Assembly (NCBI GenBank): GCA_964016885.1
Contig: OZ024762.1
Coordinates: forward strand, 21,514,001 to 21,578,000
Reading direction: 5' to 3'
Length of the DNA stretch: 64,000 nucleotides
DNA from: Eledone cirrhosa
Lineage: Eukaryota
Shown: in pieces, positions 31,355 through 45,487 of the stretch
Layout: the number at the start of each line of letters is the position of its first letter
Position numbering within the stretch: position 1 is the first letter of the stretch
Notes under the pieces: model-generated
Seen by the model: the letters and a program-made list of their open reading frames with translations, nothing else
Told to the model about the DNA's origin: nothing
The model's database searches: none
Made by a program: the position numbers and the translations under genes

Positions 31355-31512
31355 ATATATAAACAACTATCTAGTTGTGGAACCAACCAACCAACCAGAA
31401 ATTTATAGGTTTGTAGATTTGTAAATCTATAAATTTATAAATATATAATAAATTGAAGTGAAAGCAACTGGTGCGTGTGTTTCTTATTGGCAACATGACC
31501 CTCCCAAAGTAT

Positions 31513-31556
<44 letters not shown>

Positions 31557-32046
31557 ATATAAGTATATGCATATATATGTATATATATATATATATATGT
31601 GAGTGTGTTGACATCCTCTGAGTTTCATATTTAAGGGATTAATGTAGATAAACATTTTACTCGGAATCAATTTGTATCGTAAATTCTTTGTATTGTATAG
31701 GATAAAGAAATACAAAAGTCGGCGCCTGTTGGTGAAACACACACACATACACTTACATACGCTTACACACATACATACAATCACACACACTTACATACAC
31801 ATACACACTTAGATACACACTTACACACATACATACACACACACATGTATATATCTGTGTATGTATATACATAGATATGTAGGCGTTTGTGCATATGAAT
31901 AAATAATCTTTTGTGTATATGCATAATTTGAAACTGTCGTAGAAATGTACTGTATACACGCTTTGTTCTGTGCGTGTGCGTTTGAGTGTGCGTACGCAAT
32001 ATATATACATACATACACACACATAGATAAATATACATATTTATAT

Positions 32047-32091
<45 letters not shown>

Positions 32092-32134
32092 CGCTCACAT
32101 ATATATATATATATATGTACACATATATACATAC

Positions 32135-32177
<43 letters not shown>

Positions 32178-32210
32178 TACAGACACACACACACATATAT
32201 ATATACATAC

Positions 32211-32264
<54 letters not shown>

Positions 32265-32302
32265 ATATATACATATATATATGTATACATCTCTATATAT
32301 AC

Positions 32303-32335
<33 letters not shown>

Positions 32336-32781
32336 TAGAGAGAACTAATAAAGTGGATAGAAAATGTTGAGTAAGCGCGAAAAAGTAAAAGATAAGACGA
32401 TGCCCCACCATGGTCGCAATAAAATGACTGAAACCACTGAAAGAATAAAAGAGGAATAGATGGATACTAAGATAACAAGGAATACAAGATCATGGACGAC
32501 ATAGAACATTCTGAAGCAGAGCTGCTTCGTTTGTTTCCTTATCTTGGAAATTACTGATCTGTGTGACTGTGACAGGAACAAATTAATGATAAACAGTGTT
32601 TTAAATAAACATTTAATCCTACAACAATATCTCGTCGGTAATCTTTCAGTTTTTCCGAATTTTACAATGTCTATAGTTCGGTGGGCATGGATGGCTGAGT
32701 GGTTATGTAATTCGCATCGGAATTTGGAGGTTTTGAGTTTAACTGACGTTAAAGTGAAGGCGTGTGGCTTCATTAAATAAT

Positions 32782-32968
32782 TGTTTCTACTTTAGGCACA
32801 AGGCCAGCAATTACCCAGTGCATTACTGGTACTTTATTTTATCGACCCCCGTAAGGATGAAAGGCAAAGTCAACCTCGGCGGGATTTGAACTCAGATCAT
32901 AAAGGGACGTAACTATGCTGGAAGGCATGGCGCCCGACCCTCTACCGATACTGCCAATCCACCACCCT
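32782..32968 (-). mobile_element. Full-length SINE family 1 with 17-bp TSD
   Basis: TGGCTTCATTAAATAAT at 32765-32781 and 32969-32985. Confidence 0.9.
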
Positions 32969-33065
32969 TGGCTTCATTAAATAATATACATTTATTATAT
33001 ATATATATATATTTTTTTTTTTTCTTCCTAATATATATTTTTCTTCCTAATAATCGTTTTTTTCT

Positions 33066-33107
<42 letters not shown>

Positions 33108-33157
33108 CAACTTGCGTGTTCTCCACATTTTATAATTATTATATATATATATATATA

Positions 33158-33457
33158 TTTCTTTTTTCTTTTTTCTTTTTTCTTTTTTCTTTTTTCTTTT
33201 TTCTTTTTTCTTTTTTCTTTTTTCTTTTTTCTTTTTTCTTTTTTCTTTTTTCTTTTTTCTTTTTTCTTTTTTTTTTCTTTTTTCTTTTTTCTTTTTTCTT
33301 TTTTCTTTTTTCTTTTTTCTTTTTTCTTTTTTCTTTTTTCTTTTTTCTTTTTTCTTTTTTCTTTTTTCTTTTTTCTTTTTTCTTTTTTCTTTTTTCTTTT
33401 TTTTTTCTTTTTTCTTTTTTCTTTTTTCTTTTTTCTTTTTTCTTTTTTCTTTTTTTT
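33158..33457. repeat. (CTTTTTT)n heptamer tandem array
   Basis: Direct reading. Confidence 0.92.
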
Positions 33458-33489
33458 GGGGGTTTAACATTTTAATTACCATATCTCAT

Positions 33490-33917
33490 GGTCATAAATT
33501 TTGGGTAATGTCCGAAATAATACGATCACGAATACAAAGGGCTGAAATGGGGTTCCTCCGAAGGGTCTTTGGAGTAACCTTCCTCGGTAAAGTGCGTAAC
33601 TCGGAGATCAGAGAGTCACTCCAGATAGAGCCGCTATTTCTCAGAAATGAGAGATCACAACTCCGATATTATAGGCATGTAGTTAGAATGTCGCAGGAAG
33701 GAATCCCCGGACAGATTTTACGGACAAAACTAACCGGCAAGGGACTCAGCGGTAGACCCCCGAGAAAGATGGTTGTATAACATCCATGAGGTTGGCTGGT
33801 CTTGGTTGGGGATCCAGCTGGATCAGTTGGAGACGGTTGCTTCTGACAGGACTCGCTAGAGGGAGTGTTTGAGGGATTCTGTTCTCACGACCCTCTCAGG
33901 AATAATAAGAAGAAGAA
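33490..33917 (+). mobile_element. RTE LINE 3' fragment with (AAG)n tail
   Basis: RIQRAEMGFLRRV..VRNSEIRESL..SQLRYY.HVVRM..GRP. Confidence 0.85.
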
Positions 33918-34520
33918 TACCATATTTCTAATGAAAGACATTGCCTATCATTTTCAGATAGTTTTACAAACAATCAAGAATTTATTAATATAACAGTAAA
34001 ACAGCTGAAAAATGATTTACAGTATTTTTATTGTCGCTCTTTACATTCTGAATTCAAGTCCCACCGAGGTAAACGTTGCCTTTCATACTTTCGTGCTTAA
34101 TTAAAAAAGTACCAGTCCCATACTGAGGGCGATTCTTCCTCTGTAGCTCTTTTTAACTTCTTCGCTATTATTCCTTCTCCTTCTTTGGAAGGAATCGGAT
34201 GCGTTAATACCAGACGAGTGGGTAGACTCCGCCATGTTTAAAATGCTAAATACACTTTATATGATTTTACATAACTCCTACGACTCCACCAGGAGCTTAT
34301 ACGAGTTTGTATATACAATCATTTATTCATGATATCTCTCTTATATATTTGCAGGAACTGTTGCCTCGTACAGAGCAAGGTGACTTTGATTAATACTGTA
34401 ATGCGTCATACGGTGAGTTGCCAACTATTCTTCAATTAACAGTGACGTCTACATTTCTGGGGCTATTACACTCATTGGTGAAACAATCATAAGATCAGAT
34501 AACAAACGTAGAAGCTAAAG

Positions 34521-34935
34521 ATAATTGTTTCTGATTTAGTCACAAGACCAATAATTTTGGGGGCAGGGGAATGTCGATTAAATCGGCACCAGTGCATTAC
34601 TGGTACTTTATTTTAACGACCCCGTAAGGATGAAAGGCAAAGCTAACTTCTGCGGGATTTGATCTCAGAACGTAAAGGACCGTAACTCTATGCCGCTAAG
34701 CATGTTGTCCGACGCTCTGCTGATACTGCCAATCCACCACGCTTAAATTATTGTTTCTACTTTTGGCACAAGGCCAGCAATTATCCCAGTGCATGACTGG
34801 TACTTTATTTTATCGACCCCCGTAAGGATGAAAGACAAAGTTAACCTCGGTCGGATTTGAACTCAGAATGGCAAGGGCCGTAACTCTATGCGTCAAAGCA
34901 TGGCATCCGACCCTCTACCGATACTGCCAATCCAA
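34521..34935 (-). mobile_element. Two tandem SINE family 1 copies
   Basis: Head, core and tail present twice. Confidence 0.85.
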
Positions 34936-35424
34936 TGTTACCCAGACATGTCTTTAATTTTCTCATAAACATGATATACTATACTAGTTAGCATAATTAA
35001 TTTGAATTTAATTATTTTTCTAATCAGTAAAGTTTCCCACTGTGTGTTGTATTGCCTGGGGTATAGAATGTTTGTAATGTTTCTGTCTGGAGCTAAAAAA
35101 AGAAATATGAGATAAAGATACTTAACCTAAGAATTTCATTTTTGAAAAAGATATACTCTCAACAACTCTGTCGATTCGCCGCCTTTGCGTCGCAAGATAT
35201 AAATCTTGTGATGTGTCTATTCCCTAATTAATGGAAAAGGGGGCGTAATCAGTGTCGCCAATCTATAGTTAAGGGCTTTCCTCCGCCTCTCTATTTATAG
35301 CTTACTAAAATATTCAACCCTTAACCCTTTCGTTTCCACATTTCTAATGAGCTACAATGTCTACAAGTTTCAATTTATAATGAAAATAATCAATAATTTG
35401 ATCGGATTTAGGAAAAACACTTTT

Positions 35425-35632
35425 GCAGTATCGGTAGAGAGTCGGACACCATGCTTTGCTGCATAGAGTTACAACCTTTTACGGTCTGAGTTAAAATCCC
35501 GCCGATGTTATCTTTGCCTTTCATCCTTACGGGGTCGATAAAATAAAGTACCAGTAACGTATTGGAGTCGATTTAATTGACCCCCCGCAAAAAAAAAATT
35601 ACTGGCCTTGTGTCTATACTAGAAATCATTAT
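35425..35632 (+). mobile_element. SINE family 1
   Basis: Head, core and tail. Confidence 0.8.
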
Positions 35633-35652
35633 TAAGCTGATGTTCAGAGCAT

Positions 35653-36070
35653 TCTTCTTCTTCTTCTTCTTCTTCTTCTTCTTCTTCTTCTTCTTCTTCT
35701 TCTTCTTCTTCTTCTTCTTCTTCTTCTTCCTAAGAGGGTCTTACAGGGTCCTCAAGCATGCGTTCCAGAGGATCCTAGCGGAAGCAACCATCTTTAAATA
35801 ATGCCAAGCGAGACAAATTTGATCATAGATATTATGCAACCATCTTGCACACAATATATCTCTGGGTTTCCTGTCGGTTGGTTTTTCGGGTAAAATCTCT
35901 CCAGCGAATCTTTCCTTTAACAATCTAACCACATATCCGTAGTACCGGAACTGTGATCTCTCGATGCAGAGAAATGGCAGCTATTCTTGGAGCGACAGGC
36001 TGATTTACGAACTACGCACCCTATCGAGTAACGCTACTTCAAAACCATTAAGAGGAACACCATTTCGGTT
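35653..36070 (-). mobile_element. Degenerate RTE LINE 3' end with expanded (AAG)n tail
   Basis: Related to 33490-33917; (CTT)n at 35653-35729. Confidence 0.75.
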
Positions 36071-36164
36071 GCTTGTATTCGCAATTATATTCTTTCAGAG
36101 CATTATTCGACGAAAATGTCCTAACATTATGATGGAAGTTTTTTTTTAGATAAATATCTATCTA

Positions 36165-36590
36165 TCGGATAAAATTCCCGAGATCCATGGACGAGTTCTC
36201 TCCAGTGTTCTCTGTCCATCATTATCGCTGCCATGTCCTGCGTCTCCAACAGACCAGTGTCTGTCCTTAGGGCATCAACATATGTTAACCTCGGTCTTCC
36301 TCTTCCAGTGTGTCCATGCAGGGGCTCCCACAGGAGCACTGAGTGCAGTGTCAACTCTGGATGTCAGTGAGCATGTCCAGCTAACCTCAGTCTTCTCTGT
36401 GTCACTTTCGAGCTGACATTTGGGAGGCTCCCGTACAGCTCTGAGTTCTTCATCCTCAGTGTATACTGATTCAGAGCCGTCCTCAGCATTCTTGTGTAGC
36501 ATCCATCCATCATCTGAGTGAGTTTATTGGTCAGTGTCCAAGTCTCAGAACCGTACAGCAGCACACACTCCACTACAGCAACGAAGATAA
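36165..36590 (-). mobile_element. RTE LINE 3' fragment (frameshifted paralog of 708-1127)
   Basis: ECVLLYGSETWTLT..RRLRLAGH..GRPRLTY. Confidence 0.88.
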
Positions 36591-37397
36591 ATATAAACTC
36601 TTAAAAACAAACGGATTTGTAACCTGAAGCGGTTTCAAGTGCGTTAATATTGAAAGGTTTAATGGCCCAACTTTAAAGTAAGAAGATATATTTTATACGT
36701 CGTAAACATCAAATGATTTCACATATAATATTTAACAATTTTATCTCAAAATGTATTTCTATAATATTATTATAATTAACTGATTTTTGTTGTTTTGTTG
36801 TTTCTATATTTAAAAAAAATTATTTGCGTGAAATAAGAATCATATAATGAATTCCAATAAATGAATATTTAAATCACAGTGTGTGTGTGTGTTGGTGATT
36901 TTTTTCTATGATTCTGTTAAAGATTTTAGTTTTTATATTTAATATCATATTTCCAATAAGGTGGTGAAGGGATGACATTAGATATTAGATATTACATATT
37001 AGATATTACATATACAGTATTTTAACAAAATTAATTTAAACTAAGACATGAGACGTGCTTCTTTTAACATTTGCTTTACGCAGCAGATTTAAAAAGAAGG
37101 AAGACATTTTCCAATTCCATATTAATGCAGTTTTTGTTTGCTTTTTGTATATTTCAAAATATTTTTATTTCATAATTTTTAATTGAAATAGACGAGGAAG
37201 TCGACTGTAATTAATGTTCATAGTTTATTTATTTGTTTATTTATTTATTTATCAATGGTGTAAAATGATAGGCTTCTTCAGTAAAAATCTAATGTGACAG
37301 CAACATAGCGACATTTTGAATTGATGGAAATAAAAGTTAATAATAATATTAATTCATAATTTTAAAAGAAATTTGTAATAGAAAATTCATATGTAAT

Positions 37398-37490
<93 letters not shown>

Positions 37491-37493
37491 CAA

Positions 37494-37525
<32 letters not shown>

Positions 37526-37541
37526 ATATATATATATACAA

Positions 37542-37581
<40 letters not shown>

Positions 37582-37607
37582 ATATATATATATACAAATA
37601 TATATAT

Positions 37608-37800
37608 AACGAAGGAAATGTGGTAAGGAACCAGGTGGACCATAACGCACCAAAGTACTCAATACTTAGGGTAGTAGAGTGGGTAATAGGAACAAGTAAG
37701 ACCCCGACGGCTGAGCTCAAGCCGTTTCGACGGCTAATTCTATTATATTCGAATTAGCCGTCGAAACGGCTTGAGCTCAGCCGTCGGGGTCTTACTTGTT

Positions 37801-37806
<6 letters not shown>
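37608..37806 (-). mobile_element. Family A element with fold-back
   Basis: Both arms carry the ACAAGTAAGACC variant. Confidence 0.85.
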
Positions 37807-37877
<71 letters not shown>

Positions 37878-37920
37878 CACACATATATATGCATGTATAT
37901 ATGTAATTATATATATATAC

Positions 37921-37989
37921 GGGGTAGCTCCCCGTATGTCCATTCAATTATTGAATCAATAATTGAATGGACATACGGGGAGCTACCCC
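37921..37989. repeat. Perfect palindrome with 34-bp arms
   Basis: 1-nt loop at 37955; followed by GAAAC-GATC-GTA, the 3' half of a hammerhead. Confidence 0.85.
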
Positions 37990-38063
37990 CCAGAAACGAT
38001 CGTAAAATAATGAGTTTTACTTTGAATTAACCGTTTTTTGTTTAATTTCATTGTTTTAATATT

Positions 38064-38125
<62 letters not shown>

Positions 38126-38150
38126 AGTGTGTGTGTGTGTGTATGTATGA

Positions 38151-38198
<48 letters not shown>

Positions 38199-38426
38199 GT
38201 CTGTGTATAAATTTATATACACACAATATAACTTCATTCCTCCTGCGCCTGGGATATCGCTTTCAATTCTAATCGCAGCATCTAGCGGAAAGGTATTTGA
38301 CCGATGTTAATAAACAATTTGACAACAAAAGCTATTGAAAAACACATGCGGTCTTTGTAATTCTAGACGATAGTTATATATATATAATGGCTATGTCTAT
38401 ATACACATACCCACTATACATACCCA

Positions 38427-38506
<80 letters not shown>

Positions 38507-38507
38507 G

Positions 38508-38544
<37 letters not shown>

Positions 38545-39406
38545 AATCTAAGGAAATTGCTTGTTAAAATAAACAATACAATCTCCGTGAAATATATCTG
38601 GTTCCAACAACACAACAAGGTATATATTTGGTTAGCAGCGTGCTTCTTCTTCCTAAACACTAACTATTAAAAGGTGTTTTTTTTTTTCTTTTACCTTCTA
38701 TTATGTGTGTTATCTGTTCTGTTTTTTTTCGTTTCGTTTCATTTTTTGTTTTTTTGTTTTAAGTATGTCTCGCTGTTATTTATCTAATTGTTGTTGCCGT
38801 TCTTAAAGTAAGCAAGGAGGAGATGTAAGAACACAGTGCTTCACTTAAGACAGTAGCCATCTAAGATTTCACTAGCGTTTAGTTATGAAGGAGCAATTCT
38901 ATAAACAATACAGAACCTATGTACATTGCTAACATGAAATACTTCAAAGTTTTATCTAAAGATAAAATTGAGATGTTTGCCTATAGGGGGGGGGGGGGGG
39001 CTTCTTAAATTTTGCCACAAGGGCGTGTATTGTTTACGTTGGCTCTTCGTCGGTGTCTACTATGACTGGTTCCAGAATGTTGAGCAACTGAACATCTTGC
39101 TCGTTACATTTATATGCAAGTGGTTGAGCATTTCACAAACACATAAAGGGGTTTCTCCGGGAGATTCAGCGAAAGAGGTATAATTAATTAATCATGTGAG
39201 TGAAAGGAAACAGCGTGAAATAAAATGTCCTTCTGAAGCACTGTACGTGTCAAGCGGTCGGGGAATCGAGGACACGAACCTAGGATCATGGGTCTAGTAC
39301 CCTAACCACGAAGCCACCTGTTTTTACAAAGTATCAAAGACCCCTATAGGGGCCAGTTACTTTTTATCGGAAATATAAATTGAAAATACGTGGGATAATA
39401 TATATA

Positions 39407-39492
<86 letters not shown>

Positions 39493-39497
39493 TACAC

Positions 39498-39580
<83 letters not shown>

Positions 39581-40003
39581 TATATATATATATATACATA
39601 CATATATACACACATATACATATATGAACTTCTATATCATTTTACAGATTTAATGATATTGTCAATTTGACAAGCCTGGGAGTAGGCGAAACCATGTAAC
39701 CAATATACAATACATACAATATATACAGTCTTGAATATATAGAATATTCTATGTAAACTTTGTACCGTTTAAGAGTTCATTTTAACTGTCTGCTTTTCCA
39801 GCATTTCAACTTGTTGAATCAGTAAACATTTCGATATTTCAATGCTTCACACAATAAACAAAGTCTCGCTTGCAAAATATTCCTCTGTAGCTTCATTGAT
39901 CATAGATTTACTATGTACTTATTACTTGATTTGGGATATATAGTAATAATCATGAAATTAATATAGAGAAGTATATATGTCTATGTGTGTATATATATGT
40001 CTA

Positions 40004-40075
<72 letters not shown>

Positions 40076-40104
40076 TGTATACACACTTACACACACACAC
40101 ATAT

Positions 40105-40169
<65 letters not shown>

Positions 40170-40743
40170 TCATATATAATAGTTTGAATAGAAAAGAGTT
40201 TTATAGACTTTTCATGAAACAGAATCGGACTTCAGGGAAAACACATTAACAGAACATATTGTCGTTTTTCAAAGCAATTTTAACATATGGCATTTGTTAA
40301 ACTAAATCGACCAGAACTTATTAAAGATCATCACTTTATTTCAATGATATATTACCCTGCCAACTTATATATGAAAGTATTTAATGTATATAAAACTTCA
40401 TATCGTATGTATAAAACTTTACAATGTATATAAAGGTTTATATCATATATATAAAAACTTACAATGCATATAAAAGTTTATAACGCATATATATAAAAGT
40501 GTATAACTTATATATAAATGTTTTGAATGTATACAATGTATATATAACCGCCGTTCAATTGTTCAATTGTTCAATTGTTGCTTCTGGTTTTGATATAGGC
40601 GCCATTTTGCTTTTAAAATGACTCACCGTTTTCTGAAATTTTCTTGGAAACCTTCCATGAGGTATATTTAAAAAGAATACTTCATATATTTTATTGAATA
40701 AGATAAGGTTGACAATGTTACTTCAACAAATGTACATGGCTTA

Positions 40744-41116
40744 TACGTGAGGGGTGCTGAAAAGTTCCTGGCTTTAAGGGTATCGTGAAAGGGTAGAGCT
40801 GTTACCTTTACATGGAAGGTAGGATCGCAGCAATAAGTATCACGAAATGGGTAGAGCTGTTACCTTTACATGGAAGGTAGGATCGCTGCAATAAGTATCA
40901 CGAAAGGGGTAGAGCTGTTACCTTTACATGGGAGGTAGAATCGCTGCAATAAGTGTCACGAAAGGGGTAGAGCTATTACCTTTACATGGAAGGTAGGATC
41001 GCTGCAATAAGTATGTGAATCTAGGAGGGGAATATGTTGAATAAAATCATAATTAACTGATCCTCCTGTATTTTCTTTTACCCCAAAACTAGGAACTTTT
41101 TCAGCAACTCTTCGTA
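40744..41116 (+). mobile_element. Mariner internal-deletion derivative with an internal 58-bp tandem repeat (about 4 copies)
   Basis: TA flanks; TIRs GAGGGGTGCTGAAAAGTTCCTGG / CTAGGAACTTTTTCAGCAACTCTTCG; transposase end RCNKYVNLGGEYVE*. Confidence 0.8.
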
Positions 41117-41144
41117 TTGTTTAGGAAAAAGTTTGTGAACGATA

Positions 41145-41187
<43 letters not shown>

Positions 41188-41234
41188 AGTTAAATATGTA
41201 AAATTTGGCTTCGCTTATTATAAATTATAAATTT

Positions 41235-41289
41235 ACTGCTGTATATATTTCAGTGACAGCCATCATTGGCTGTGACCTCTTCAGGCAGT
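41235..41289 (-). ncRNA. Hammerhead motif (family E-like), cleavage triplet mutated to ACA
   Basis: actgc-CTGAAGA-ggt c acagcca..tggctgt c act-GAAAT-ATAT-ACA-gcagt. Confidence 0.55.
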
Positions 41290-42127
41290 CGGAATTGGTG
41301 TGGAAAAGACAGGTATACATGTTGTTGAGGTGTGTTTTATTCCGTCAATACATCGATATGTCCAGCTCCTGGGTGTGTTGTTCTTCCTCCGAGTTCCTCG
41401 ATGTATTGACAGAGTGAAACACACTTCAACAACATGTGTACCTGTCTTTTCCACATAGTAAAAGAAGCCAAATTTTACATTACTCCGGAGTAAACAAACC
41501 AACCTGCGTAATTCGTCGAGTAAACAACCAACATATACTAAAAAATATATATATATATATGCAGGTGTGTACATTATGGAGATGTGTACGTTATTTGGAT
41601 GTATACGGATCAATACGCAATGCTAAGTGTTTGATATACATCACTGTAGTGACATTTCAAATTGAAAACACAAGTAGAATGTTTCCATATCTGAAAGTAT
41701 AACTATCACTATAAATTACACTATATTCGGTAAATTTTATATTAAGTTACATTAAAAATAATATCAGCTAAATTATATTTAATTACAAAGAAACGTATTT
41801 TGCTAAATTGAAAATATAATGTTGTAATTATATTTTCAATTTTTCGATATCACCAATTAGTATTTTCATTTACATTAATTTAAAATTTGCGATATTAAAA
41901 GCATCTAGTTGAGCGCATATTTATACTATGTTCATGAATACATACATACATACGTACGTACGTACATACATATATACATTCGTACATATCTACGTACATA
42001 TATGAATACATACTGTACATATATACGTACGGGCATACGTACGAAGAAACATATATTTCGTACATATATGCATACACGCTGACACACACAGACAGACACA
42101 CACACACACACACACACGCGCACACAC

Positions 42128-42181
<54 letters not shown>

Positions 42182-42218
42182 AATTGAGAGCGATTAACCA
42201 ATATCTATATGTATAAGA

Positions 42219-42322
<104 letters not shown>

Positions 42323-42567
42323 TAATAATAATAATAATGATATTAATAATAAATGTGAAGACAAAAATAAATAAATATATATATATATATATTCTTTTCT
42401 TTTCTTTTTTCTGTGCTCTCAGCCATTGCACAGACTAATAAAGGGAGCTACGTAAAATAAATAAATAAATAAATATACTTTGGTCGATATGATTGATTAA
42501 TGCCCTTTAAGGCTCTGGTCTACTATATCGGCAGTCTAATGACTAAAACCAATAAAAATAGTAAACG

Positions 42568-42606
<39 letters not shown>

Positions 42607-42646
42607 GTATATATATATAAACATCTCTCTTTCGCTCTCTCTTTCG

Positions 42647-42723
<77 letters not shown>

Positions 42724-43176
42724 AACACACGCACACACACGTATTATATTTATATACATATATATATACTTATTTCAATTTTTAAATAATCAGCCATGTA
42801 AATCTTAGGCATTCGATTAAAACACGAACGTGTTTCTAATGAACAATGTATTTGATAGGAGAATATGAAATTATGAATTACTAATATAATATATAGATAA
42901 ATCTGATTGTAAAGATATCGTTCTTCTCTTATTAATATACCCTGGTGTTAAAATATCTAATGGATATCCGTCGTTTCCAAAGATGAGCTGCAGCCTACTC
43001 GTAAAATAAACATGAATGTGACTGTGCATTAAAGAATCAAACGTAGTTTTCAGTGATATTCAGTGTGGTATGATAAAACATACAACATGTATGCTAACAG
43101 CAGACCTGCCAACCTCTCAAAACCCAAACGAGGAGTACCATGAAAAGAAGTGCCCCAAAATGGGGTGAAATGAGGC

Positions 43177-43685
43177 AAAATGGAGATAGTTTACCTAATG
43201 GTTTATGATCTAGGCACAAGGCCAACAATTTTAGGGCTGGGGAAAATGGAGAGAGTTTACCTAATGGTTTATGATCTAGGCACAAGGCCAACAATTTTAG
43301 GGCTGGGGAAAATGGAGAGAGTTTACATAATGGTTTCTGATCTAGGCACAAGGCCAACAATTTTAGGGCAGCGGAAAATGGAGAGAGTTTACATAATGGT
43401 TTCTGATCTAGGCACAAGGCCAACAATTTTAGGGCAGCGGAAAATGGAGAGAGTTTACATAATGGTTTCTGATCTAGGCACAAGGCCAACAATTTTAGGG
43501 CTGGGGAAAATGGAGAGAGTTTACATAATGGTTTCTGATCTAGGCACAAGGCCAACAATTTTAGGGCAGCGGAAAATGGAGAGAGTTTACATAATGGTTT
43601 CTGATCTAGGCACAAGGCCAACAATTTTAGGGCTGGGGAAAATGGAGAGAGTTTACATAATGGTTTCTGATCTAGGCACAAGGCA
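43177..43685. repeat. 66-bp minisatellite, about 7.7 copies, made of SINE tail plus flank
   Basis: 22-aa periodic ORFs; the unit contains TAGGCACAAGGCCA from the SINE 1 tail. Confidence 0.92.
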
Positions 43686-44290
43686 AGGCCAACGATTTTA
43701 GGGCAGGGGAAAATCGTTCAAATCGACCCCAGTACATTACTGGTGCTTTATTTTATCGACCCCGTAAGAATGAAAGGCAAAGCTAACCTCGCCGGGATTT
43801 GAACGCAGAACGTAAAGGACCATAACTCTATACCGCAAAGCATAATGTCCGACGCTAGAGAGCTTACACACTTGTTTCTACTTTTGGCACAAGGCCAGCA
43901 ATTATCTCAGCGTATTACTGGTACTTTATTTAAATAAACAATGAAGAAACTATCAAATATGCTTTGCTCGTCCATTAGACTCTGGGGCGAAATCTCTGGC
44001 ACAATGACGGCCGCAGATATTGTAAAATACTTTTGGTACTGTCAGTGTGGTAGATCTTGTAGCAACAATGATTTCTAGTATAGGCACAAGGCCAGTAATT
44101 TGGGGGAGGGGAAAGTCGATTAAATTGACCCCAGTACATGACTGGTACTTTATTTTATCGACCCCGTATGGATGAAAGGCAAAGTTTAACCTCGGCGGGA
44201 TTTGAACTCAGACCATAAAGGGACGTAACTACTTGCTGCAAAGCATGGCGTCCGACTCTCTACCGATAACTGCCAATCCACTGCCCTTTT
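43663..44290 (-). mobile_element. Composite of SINE family 1 copies flanked by a 17-bp direct repeat
   Basis: AGAGAGTTTACATAATG at 43646-43662 and 44291-44307. Confidence 0.75.
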
Positions 44291-45445
44291 AGAGAGTTTA
44301 CATAATGAAAGCTATACCCATTTTCGTAAGAGAAGACATATCTCAGACAAACCAAAGTGGGTGGGAGATCTCTTTGTCGGACTGGGAGAGTTGTCAGGGT
44401 CTGTAACAGATATGTATGTATGTGCATCTCTTTGATAACGGGGGGGGGGCTTAGCGGTTAGGGTGTTTCGTTTACGATCTTGTGTTCGAATCTCGGCTGC
44501 GCGGTCGTCGCAGCATTGTCGAATGGTTACGAAGATAGTTTCACTATCACAAGGTACCGAGCAAGAGGCTTGCTATTGAAACGTGGTTGACAGAATCTGT
44601 TTTTATGCCAATCAGATCTACTGTACTTATAATTCAAAGAGCCAGCCTTGTTACCACTTTATCCTTGAGCAAGTTACTGCATTTCACGTTGCTTCAGTTT
44701 ATTCAACTGAAAATGAAATTTGCATCAGGGGGGTTAATCTTTCAGTCATATAACGGAACAAGATGGGATTCTAGGCACGGGACATGCGGGCAGGCATCCA
44801 AGTATGTAGCTTGGTCTTTTCTCTATGGGTCTCGTACATTTTCATAATTTTGGAAGGTATATATATATGTGTGTATGTGTATGTATATATTTATATATGT
44901 GCATGTATGTTTATATATATATATATATATATAAGTAAAAATAAATAAATATATATATATATATATAGGCCACAAGCAAAACTAAGATGAGAAAAGATAT
45001 CATAAGGAGACTGTTATAAAAAGAAGTTGCTGATTATTGCCAGATAGAAATCTTTGCTACTAATAATTAATTAGTGCCAATTTATCAAGAGAACTATTTG
45101 CGTCAAATATAAATTAGTTTCTGTTTCTGAATTGATCCACCAAATGAACTCCACTCTGGTGGTTTATAGTGCCAGGATCGAATCTTGGCGCATGAAGAGG
45201 GGAAATAATCATATTTTACAGAGCCAGTTATGTTCTATATTGGTTCAAGACATCAGTTGGTTGAGTATGAGTTTCTGGTGTGATAAATGTATGAAGATGC
45301 GTGGCTGAATGGTTAGAGAATTGGATTCATGATCGTGAGGTTGAGAGTTAGATTACCGGACAGAGTGATACGTTTCAAGGGCGCTGCCCCAGCATGGTCT
45401 CGGCCGGAGATGGCTGGTACAGGTAAAAGAGTAAATTTATACATA

Positions 45446-45487
<42 letters not shown>

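Larger units (their letters stand above)
30939..31520. repeat. Inverted repeat with 263-bp arms and 56-nt spacer (family F)
   Basis: 30939-31201 versus 31258-31520; the same terminus also forms a hairpin at about 28389-28466. Confidence 0.9.

Noticed and set aside
32913-33482. Lys/Arg/Glu-rich 189-aa ORF
   Set aside because: Translation of (CTTTTTT)n
43094-43701. 22-aa repeat proteins, or a CRISPR-like array
   Set aside because: 66-bp tandem repeat with no unique spacers, open on both strands and derived from a SINE tail; eukaryotic context with no cas genes
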